From: Terasakiella sp.
GTDB taxonomy: Bacteria > Pseudomonadota > Alphaproteobacteria > Rhodospirillales > Terasakiellaceae
DNA length: 40,000 bases
Direction: 5' to 3'
Assembly: GCF_048571175.1 (NCBI RefSeq)
Contig: NZ_CP182348.1
Coordinates: forward strand, 649,517 to 689,516
In this document: positions 27,540 to 33,865 of the stretch, piece by piece
Position numbering within the stretch: the first letter of the stretch is position 1
Layout of the letters: every line of letters starts with the position of its first letter
Position numbers and translations under genes: made by a program
The notes under the pieces: model-generated
What the model saw: the letters and a program-made list of their open reading frames with translations, nothing else
Database searches by the model: none
Told to the model about the DNA's origin: nothing

Positions 27540-27711
27540 AACTCGCAAAGCTGATTGCCTATCAATCAACCTTTCGACCAGCAATAAGGTGCTAGTCTTG
27601 GTGGGCCCAGAGCGGGATCGCCGCCATCCCCACCTCCGTCCTTGATCCGCCCCTCACGACGGCGTCTCCGACGGTCCCCGCGCTTATCGGGTCCGGGTCC
27701 CCTTGGATGCG

Positions 27712-28617
27712 TCACTCGCGCTCAAGGTCACGGGTGTCAGCGCCAACTGCATCCATTACTGATCGAAGCTCGCCGAACATTGAGCCATGATGGCGATCCA
27801 GATAGTCGGCGATGGTTTCATTTTTCAGAAGTTTTGATAGGTAACCTTTGGCGACGACCAATGTAAACATTGTGTCTCCAAGCGTGTCTTCGACATTTCG
27901 GTATTCTTGTTGCAGGCGTTCCATTTCCCGCTCCATCCGTGCAATATCCTCAGGCGAAACGCCTTTGAGCATGTTTTTCTTTTCTGGTTTCACGAGCTTG
28001 TCCGGGGGCATTCCGGCCAAAAGAACCTTGGCATAAGTGACGGTGTATCGGTTTGCGGACATCATCATTTCGCAAGCCTCGATCTGGGCCATTGGCTTCA
28101 TCTTTCGGAGAATGCCGAACACCTGTACACTCACCATTTTTTCCTTCAGAAGTTCGACGGCCTCTGGCGCAATGTTTCGGAGCATGTTTTGGCGCTCACG
28201 AATGCGCTTTACGTCCACGTCCAAAGCTTCCGCGATTCTTTCTTGAGAAACGCCACGTTCAATCGCTTTGACGATCATATTGTGCTCCTGCACAGCACTA
28301 AGGCGGTTCACACGCCGATTGTATGTAAAGCTCTCATCGTCCGTTGAGACCAGGCAGATGGCTTCTGTTTCTCCAAGCTGCTTCAGGGCTTCTAAGCGGA
28401 GGTGCCCATCCAGCAGGATATAGTTTTTATTCTTTCCGGATCCTGAGTCAGGAAAAACCGCCAACGGTTCAATGATCCCCACGTCTTTAACAGAAGCCAG
28501 GATAGTTCGATATTTGCGTGTCCGGTGAAGCCCCTGTGAGAGAGGCCTAGTTGGTGCGATACGGTCAAGAGGGACCTGGATCGTGTCATCCAGAAATCCC
28601 TTGGTGATGGTGGTCAT
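27712..28617 (-). CDS. ParB/Srx N-terminal domain protein with RepB-C-like C-terminus (paralog B)
   Basis: Motifs IIEPLAVF...YILLDGHLRLEAL, an HTH (VSQERIAEALDVDVKRIRERQNML), and an ATGA overlap with the upstream paralog. Confidence 0.7.
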   Translation of the reverse strand: MTTITKGFLDDTIQVPLDRIAPTRPLSQGLHRTRKYRTILASVKDVGIIEPLAVFPDSGSGKNKNYILLDGHLRLEALKQLGETEAICLVSTDDESFTYNRRVNRLSAVQEHNMIVKAIERGVSQERIAEALDVDVKRIRERQNMLRNIAPEAVELLKEKMVSVQVFGILRKMKPMAQIEACEMMMSANRYTVTYAKVLLAGMPPDKLVKPEKKNMLKGVSPEDIARMEREMERLQQEYRNVEDTLGDTMFTLVVAKGYLSKLLKNETIADYLDRHHGSMFGELRSVMDAVGADTRDLERE

Positions 28618-29480
28618 GGATGCAACCTCTCTGCAAGAGGTTGCGGCATGTCGCTGTATCCTTCCGCTCGAAGGAGCGTTCGAAAATGCTCATCCGCCAA
28701 GAGACGACGTAGTGCCGAGATCAGAAACAAAAGGCGCTGCTCGTTAACGTCAGCCTTCTTGATCAACAGTTTCTGGCGGTTGACTTCATCTTGATAGGTT
28801 TGAACCAGCTTGCGGGTTGAAAAGGGCTTGTCTGTTCTTCTTGAATGGGTGCGATAGCGTTTACCCATGAAGCGACGGCGCTCGATTATGCGACGCACTT
28901 TGATGAGCTGATCTCCACGCAAGGCCCCGCTTTCATATGCTTCGGTCAGGCCTTTCTGTAATTCGTTTTCGCTGCTGCGCGAAATTTCAACGGCCATGCT
29001 AAGCGGGATTACGTTCTTTTCTACTGCAGCAATGAGCCGTTCTTCTCCTTCTTTCAGTAGGTGAGAGATGCCACGAACGTAAGTCACGTCCAAGTCTGTT
29101 TTCTTGGCGATTTCCCGGGCGTTATAGCCACGTTCCTCAAGATCCTTTATCCCATGGAGAAGATCCATATTGGTGTGTTGGCGACGAGCTATGTTTTCAA
29201 TCAGGCTCATCAGGTAGCAGTCTTGCTCTGACGCCTTGATGACCATTGCAGGAATTTCCGTCTCGCCGAGTGCCTGGTATGCCTCAACGCGGCCCTGTCC
29301 GCATACCAAGTCATACCCATTCCGTGATGGGGTGACGGTAATAGGCCTTTTCAGTCCAATCGAAGCGATATTATCGACGATACCTGCGAAGACTTTCTTA
29401 TTTCGCACACGCGGATTGATCACCCTTATTTGGTCAATCGGGATCATTTGAATAGAGGGTGAAACCGGTTGGCTTTGCAT
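28614..29480 (-). CDS. ParB/Srx N-terminal domain protein with HTH (paralog A)
   Basis: Motifs IPIDQIRVINPRVRN, YDLVCGQGRVEAYQALG, and an HTH (YNAREIAKKTDLDVTYVRGISHL). Its start ATG shares 1 nt with the recombinase stop (TAATG). Confidence 0.7.
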   Translation of the reverse strand: MQSQPVSPSIQMIPIDQIRVINPRVRNKKVFAGIVDNIASIGLKRPITVTPSRNGYDLVCGQGRVEAYQALGETEIPAMVIKASEQDCYLMSLIENIARRQHTNMDLLHGIKDLEERGYNAREIAKKTDLDVTYVRGISHLLKEGEERLIAAVEKNVIPLSMAVEISRSSENELQKGLTEAYESGALRGDQLIKVRRIIERRRFMGKRYRTHSRRTDKPFSTRKLVQTYQDEVNRQKLLIKKADVNEQRLLFLISALRRLLADEHFRTLLRAEGYSDMPQPLAERLHP

Positions 29481-31057
29481 TATGCGACCTCCTTCAAATT
29501 GACACGGCGAGCGAGGCGATAAAGGTAGTCCAAGCTGTCAAACCGATAGATGTCGAGGTTTAGCCCGTTCTCCTCTGCAAGTCGTAGTTTTGGCAAAGCC
29601 ATATCGATTGAAGGCAGAAGGTAATAATCAAGCGGCTGTTCGTTGCCATGGGCCATTCGAACGGCAATGGTGATGTCTGGTCTAAGCCCGGTGTCAAAGC
29701 GGATATTCCACCGGAGGGATCCCGCGTTTGTTTCTTGGCAGCGGCTTAGAACCAATGAAACGGTGAATTCTCTATTGATCCATAGGAGGCCAGTTTCAGG
29801 GTCTGTCTCGACTGTGCAGCCGAGGGCTTCAATGTTTTGTATGGTTGAGGCAACGATGTCCGGGTGCATTTCCCGGAGATGGCGATTGATTTCGATATAT
29901 CGATAGTCTCGGTCTGGCTTATAGCCAATTTTGTGGTAGGCGCGGATGAGGCTGCCAAACCGATGTCGATAGGCCCCTGACGACGGCATTCCTTCTGTTT
30001 CGTCGATAATGATGCCGGATAGAGCGCCATGTTTTTGTAGCAGCGTTGATAGGTGTTCAAGCATTTCGTCATCAGAAAAGCGGCGGTTTCGCTCTTCGAT
30101 GATTGCTTGTGCCGCTTGGAAAATTTCTGGATCGACAATTCCTTCAAATGCACCTTCGTTTCGAACCCACATCTCTGGGGGGTTGTCGACACGTTTATTT
30201 TTAAGCTTGCAAGAGGATCGGTTGTAGAGGTTGTTGCCGATGTATTTTTCGTTGGTCAGTAGTTGATGAACGGAGGCTCGGGTCCAAGGCCTGTTCAGAT
30301 CCGTAAAGATACCCTGTTCATTTAGTCGCGCGGCTATCTGGGCCTCATTTTGGCCGTCTTCAACGAAAGCCCGATACATCCAGCTTACGGTTTCAACTTC
30401 TTCGTCAGGGCCGGGGATTAGAATGACACGATCTGTCTGAAGGCTTTTTCGGTCGCCACGGTTTAGAATGCCTTTAGGGGAGCCCGTTTCGTCAACCATC
30501 ATTCGGCGGAGGCCATAACCGGCGGGGCCACCTTGTCGATAACCTAGTTCGATCAGACGGCACTGACCGGCAAAGACCTTGACGGAGAGCTCTCGACTGT
30601 ACTCGCCAGCCATAGCTCTTTTCACCGTTTTCACGATGGTGGAGCTGATGCTTCCGTCATTCTCAAATTGCTCGGCGCAGTATTCGACGCGGATGCCTGC
30701 TCGTTTGCACAGGTACTCGTAGAAAGCGCTTTCGTCAGAGTCCTGGAAACGTCCCCAGCGACTGACGTCGTAAACCAGAATAACTGAAAAATCAGCTTGT
30801 CCCGCTTCTACATCGTTGATGAGTCGCTGCAAGCCATCTCGCCCATCTATGTTAAGGCCGCTACGTCCTTCGTCGGCATAGGTTTTGATAATCTGGTAGC
30901 CCTTGCGGGCGGCATATTGGTGAATCGTGTCACCTTGGTTTTCCGTAGAGTATTTTTGGTGCTCTGTGGACATCCGAACGTATTCAGCCGCCCGGATGAG
31001 CGTCGCGTTATTTTCGGGAGATTTATCCGGGGCTGAATCCTGTTTTTCTGTCACCAA
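29480..31057 (-). CDS. Large serine recombinase
   Basis: 525 aa. Resolvase catalytic domain (AAEYVRMSTEHQKYSTENQ, VYDVSRWGRF), followed by a recombinase domain and a long C-terminal region. Confidence 0.9.
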   Translation of the reverse strand: MVTEKQDSAPDKSPENNATLIRAAEYVRMSTEHQKYSTENQGDTIHQYAARKGYQIIKTYADEGRSGLNIDGRDGLQRLINDVEAGQADFSVILVYDVSRWGRFQDSDESAFYEYLCKRAGIRVEYCAEQFENDGSISSTIVKTVKRAMAGEYSRELSVKVFAGQCRLIELGYRQGGPAGYGLRRMMVDETGSPKGILNRGDRKSLQTDRVILIPGPDEEVETVSWMYRAFVEDGQNEAQIAARLNEQGIFTDLNRPWTRASVHQLLTNEKYIGNNLYNRSSCKLKNKRVDNPPEMWVRNEGAFEGIVDPEIFQAAQAIIEERNRRFSDDEMLEHLSTLLQKHGALSGIIIDETEGMPSSGAYRHRFGSLIRAYHKIGYKPDRDYRYIEINRHLREMHPDIVASTIQNIEALGCTVETDPETGLLWINREFTVSLVLSRCQETNAGSLRWNIRFDTGLRPDITIAVRMAHGNEQPLDYYLLPSIDMALPKLRLAEENGLNLDIYRFDSLDYLYRLARRVNLKEVA

Positions 31058-31208
31058 GGCAATCCTTCTTTTGTGCCGTTACACCGACATTTGCATGTAG
31101 GCGAGTTCGGCCTTCTTCGAGACTGCATGGAACCCTACGTGCCCTATGGGAAGTCACGAGACTCTAAAAAATCAACAGAATGTACCGTATTTGTCAATCA
31201 TTAAATAT

Positions 31209-31342
31209 ACAAAATGTTGGAAAAAGTAGAGGGTGAGGTGTCTGTCAACTCCCGGTAAATACGCATTTTTTATGGGATGAAAGGGGGGTGATTCTAATCT
31301 AAGGTACACAAAATGTTGTTGTTAAGGTGGTTGAAATGTTGG
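31209..31342. promoter_or_regulatory. Repeated ACAAAATGTTG motifs in the divergent recombinase/XRE control region
   Basis: Exact 11-mers at 31209-31219 and 31308-31318, plus GAAATGTTGG at 31333-31342, inside an AT-rich 295-bp divergent intergenic region. Confidence 0.35.
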
Positions 31343-31352
31343 ATTATGAAGT

Positions 31353-31685
31353 ATGGACAATAGAATTAGTGAACTTCGTAAGGCAAAAGGGCTGACCATA
31401 AAAAGGCTGGCCGAGCTTGTCGGGACGAGCAATCAACAAATCAGCCACTTGGAGAAGGGGCATCGCCGACTAACACTCGAGTGGATGGAGCGAATCGCGG
31501 AAGCCTTGGAATGCCACCCATCTGACTTGTTAAATGGTGGAACGCGCCTCGAAAACGATCGAGAACGAGCGATGATTGAGCTGTTCCGTGGCCTTTCAGA
31601 GGAGCAGCAGGAAGCATTTTTACAAGCGACTGCTGCGTTGGCGAAACCGATAGAGAAAGAAGAAAAGAAGGTCAAAGCCGGTTAA
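31353..31685 (+). CDS. XRE-family HTH transcriptional regulator
   Basis: Motif LRKAKGLTIKRLAELVGTSNQQISHLEKGHRRLTLEWMERIAEAL. Confidence 0.85.
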   Translation: MDNRISELRKAKGLTIKRLAELVGTSNQQISHLEKGHRRLTLEWMERIAEALECHPSDLLNGGTRLENDRERAMIELFRGLSEEQQEAFLQATAALAKPIEKEEKKVKAG

Positions 31686-31693
31686 ATAGGAAT

Positions 31694-31718
31694 GGCCGCA
31701 CCGGTATTGGCTGCGGCC
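31694..31718. terminator. Bidirectional hairpin between the convergent XRE and integrase genes
   Basis: ggccgca (31694-31700) pairs with tgcggcc (31712-31718), followed by ttt. Confidence 0.45.
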
Positions 31719-31729
31719 TTTGACTTAGT

Positions 31730-32896
31730 TCAGATGCTTCCGCTATTCAGGCTGTCAAAAATGTTGGAAGAAACAGAGCTGGCGGCTGCCTTGACGGGAT
31801 CTGCTGCTAGATGTGCATACCGGGCAGTTGTTTGAACCTGGGTGTGTCCGAGAAGCTTACCAATCATGGGCAGGCTCATTCCTTGTGCAACGGCGTTGGA
31901 GGCAAATGAATGTCGCAGATCATGGATGCGAACATCTTCAATGCCAGCACGCTTGCGGATCCGTTGCCAGAATTTCTGGATTTCTTTGCGGTTGGTTCCC
32001 GGGATTTTGCCACAGATAACCCATGGGTTCTTTGGCTGCCGTTTGAGATTTTTCAGGAGATCAAGGGCAGGGGGGCCGAGATGGACAACCCGTGCGCCAG
32101 TCTTTGAGTCTGATAGCCGTAGGCAGCTGTTGGCGAAATCAACCTCTGCCCATTTGAGTGACATGATTTCGTTGAGACGGCAGCCGGTGAAAATGAGGAG
32201 GCGGATAGCAGATATAGCGTAGATATCATCAACACCCATTTCCTCAGCTTCGTTCAGCACTGAGCCGAGGTCGCTTAGCTCCTTCTGGCTGAGGTAGCGT
32301 TCCCGTTTTTCTTCAGGGTATTTTTTGATGTGTAGCCGTGGATTGGAGCCGTCAGGGCGCATTCCCCACATCTCTGCCATCGAAAACATTTTGGAGATGA
32401 CCTCAAGGTTCCGATTTGCCTGGTATGGGATGTGGCGTAAATCGTGATGGAATTTGGCGACGTCGGCCCGTGTCACATCAGCGACCTTCAATCGTCCAAG
32501 GGCAGGCAATATGAAGCGGCGGAGGTTGCGTCGGTATTCTGTGGCGGTGCCTTGCTTGAGGCGGACAGAAATATGTTCTTGATCGAACCGCTCTGCCAGC
32601 TCTTTCACCGTGCAGGCTTTTCGGGCTCGGGAACGTTCACCAGCAGGATCTTCTCCGTCCTTGACGGCAGCTAAAACCTTGAATGCCATTCGGCGGGCTT
32701 TTTCGGGAGTGAGGACACCATGGGCCCCAAGGCTCATGCGTCTGTATCGATTGCCGATCCGGTATTGAACGATATAGGAACGACGGCCACTTGGTAAAAT
32801 GCGAACGGCAAACCCGGCAAGATCGTCATCGCAGATGATATAGTCTTTGTCTTGCGGCTTGGCAGCCTCGACAAGGCGTTTGGTGATTTTAGGCAT
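31730..32896 (-). CDS. int: Tyrosine integrase with DUF4102-type arm-binding N-terminus
   Basis: N-terminus DDLAGFAVRILPSGRRSYIVQYR. Catalytic motifs HDLRHSFAS and LGHTQVQTTARYAHL. Confidence 0.9.
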   Translation of the reverse strand: MPKITKRLVEAAKPQDKDYIICDDDLAGFAVRILPSGRRSYIVQYRIGNRYRRMSLGAHGVLTPEKARRMAFKVLAAVKDGEDPAGERSRARKACTVKELAERFDQEHISVRLKQGTATEYRRNLRRFILPALGRLKVADVTRADVAKFHHDLRHIPYQANRNLEVISKMFSMAEMWGMRPDGSNPRLHIKKYPEEKRERYLSQKELSDLGSVLNEAEEMGVDDIYAISAIRLLIFTGCRLNEIMSLKWAEVDFANSCLRLSDSKTGARVVHLGPPALDLLKNLKRQPKNPWVICGKIPGTNRKEIQKFWQRIRKRAGIEDVRIHDLRHSFASNAVAQGMSLPMIGKLLGHTQVQTTARYAHLAADPVKAAASSVSSNIFDSLNSGSI

Positions 32897-32945
32897 AGGG
32901 CACCTCTTTGCGGCTGATTAACTCTCGGTGATTGCTGCGCCGTTC

Positions 32946-33133
32946 TTAATCCCTGGAATCATAGTGGAATCATGAGGGCTGGTTTCGGCGAGCAACCGAT
33001 CGAATGACAGCGTAAAGCGATGTCTGAATTAGTCCAGTAATATCAATTGGTTATAGTGTTTCTGCGAAATCTTTAGAAATGGCCATATCACGGCTCATAA
33101 TCTGAGAGCAGTAGAACGAAATCCTGCGCATCA
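32946..33133 (+). repeat. Attachment-site-like block A: arm repeats plus a decayed tRNA 3-prime-half-like core
   Basis: Homologous to block B. 32946-32979 matches 36137-36170 at 28/34. 33055-33091 matches 36182-36218 at 29/37. The core 33092-33133 starts with the ggctcataa-ctga anticodon-loop sequence. TGGAATCA occurs twice, 11 bp apart (32954, 32965). Confidence 0.55.
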
Positions 33134-33235
33134 TCCTGCTATCAGAGCGAAAACGTGAGTAGTTCGGATATACAGGTTTGTTTTCGCTGTGTCCCGCAGG
33201 TTTCTGGCCTTTTTCGCACCTCTTTGAGTTCTCTT

Positions 33236-33259
33236 GATTCCAGAAGGGAGGCTGGAATC
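33236..33259. repeat. Inverted pair of the arm motif: GATTCCAG-N8-CTGGAATC
   Basis: Read directly. It uses the same TGGAATC heptamer as the arm repeats in blocks A and B and lies about 100 bp right of core A. Confidence 0.4.
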
Positions 33260-33460
33260 GGGAAAGCTAAGGCCTGTTGGGAGGGGCGGGTGTGCCGATC
33301 CTCAGGTTATTGGGTGCAGGGTTTTAAATGTGCAGAAATTGTGGGGATGACATTTTTAGGATTTTTTTTGCCATCAGTGCTGCCGACAAAAAGGAACATT
33401 AGTGCGATTGATTTTGAGGTCGCTGCTTTGTGCAGCAAAAATCTGAAAATGGAGAGTGAA

Positions 33461-33610
33461 ATGACTTCGAAATCCTCGCCCAAAGGGCAAATGACAAAGG
33501 CGGCAGCAGCTCGAATTCAAAGTGCCACGGCAAAAGCCAATGGCGGACAAGTTGCCAAAGGTAGTTTCTCAAGTCGAGCAACATCGGCGGCAGCACGAAA
33601 AGGCAAATAG
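33461..33610 (+). CDS. Small Ala/Lys/Ser-rich hypothetical protein (49 aa)
   Basis: ATG at 33461 with GGAGAG 6 nt upstream, and its own terminator downstream. Sequence MTSKSSPKGQMTKAAAARIQSATAKANGGQVAKGSFSSRATSAAARKGK. The upstream part of the 151-aa track ORF is not credible. Confidence 0.45.
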   Translation: MTSKSSPKGQMTKAAAARIQSATAKANGGQVAKGSFSSRATSAAARKGK

Positions 33611-33618
33611 AAGCATTG

Positions 33619-33651
33619 GGGCGAAAGTATGTGCTTTCGCCCTTATCTTTT
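33619..33651 (+). terminator. Rho-independent terminator
   Basis: gggcgaaag (33619-33627) pairs with ctttcgccc (33634-33642), followed by ttatctttt. Confidence 0.65.
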
Positions 33652-33670
33652 AGTTTCAGGGTTCCAAATA

Positions 33671-33865
33671 ATGTATTATTCAAAGAATAAAGATATCGCG
33701 GAAATTGTAAGGAAACATTTGCGAAATGGATGGTGTTTCCGACGCGGTAAAAAGCACGGGAGGCTAGTAGCACCGGGTGGCCGGTTTGTGATTGTTCCCA
33801 CAACGCCAAGTGATGGGCGTGCAATATTTAATTTCATGGGGGAGTTACGCCGTTGCTATGAATAA
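33671..33865 (+). CDS. HicA/YcfA-like small protein (64 aa)
   Basis: The sequence KDIAEIVRKHLRNGWCFRRGKKHGRLVAPGGRFVIVPTTPSDGRAIFNFMGELRR aligns by eye with the HicA pattern (GW/F..R..G.H..L..P.GR...VP). It overlaps the downstream ATG by 8 nt. Confidence 0.45.
   Translation: MYYSKNKDIAEIVRKHLRNGWCFRRGKKHGRLVAPGGRFVIVPTTPSDGRAIFNFMGELRRCYE

Noticed and set aside
27365-27565. A 67-aa N-terminal extension of the WYL regulator ORF (track start 27565).
   Set aside because: The extension runs through an AT-rich promoter-like region and gives implausible sequence. The internal ATG at 27364 has a GGGGAGA RBS, and the protein then begins at the conserved wHTH.
27566-27711. The GC-rich 146-bp spacer after the ParB-like gene as a structured ncRNA.
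   Set aside because: I could see only short local palindromes (for example gacggcgtc). There is no convincing extended fold, promoter or terminator. It cannot be supported without covariance data.
33155-33460. The upstream 100 codons of the 151-aa ORF 33155-33610, and separately the 22-codon extension of the ankyrin ORF (33792-33857).
   Set aside because: Both use non-ATG track starts without an RBS and have Cys/Arg/Phe-rich or overlapping sequence. Internal ATGs at 33461 and 33858 fit the RBS or coupling signals.
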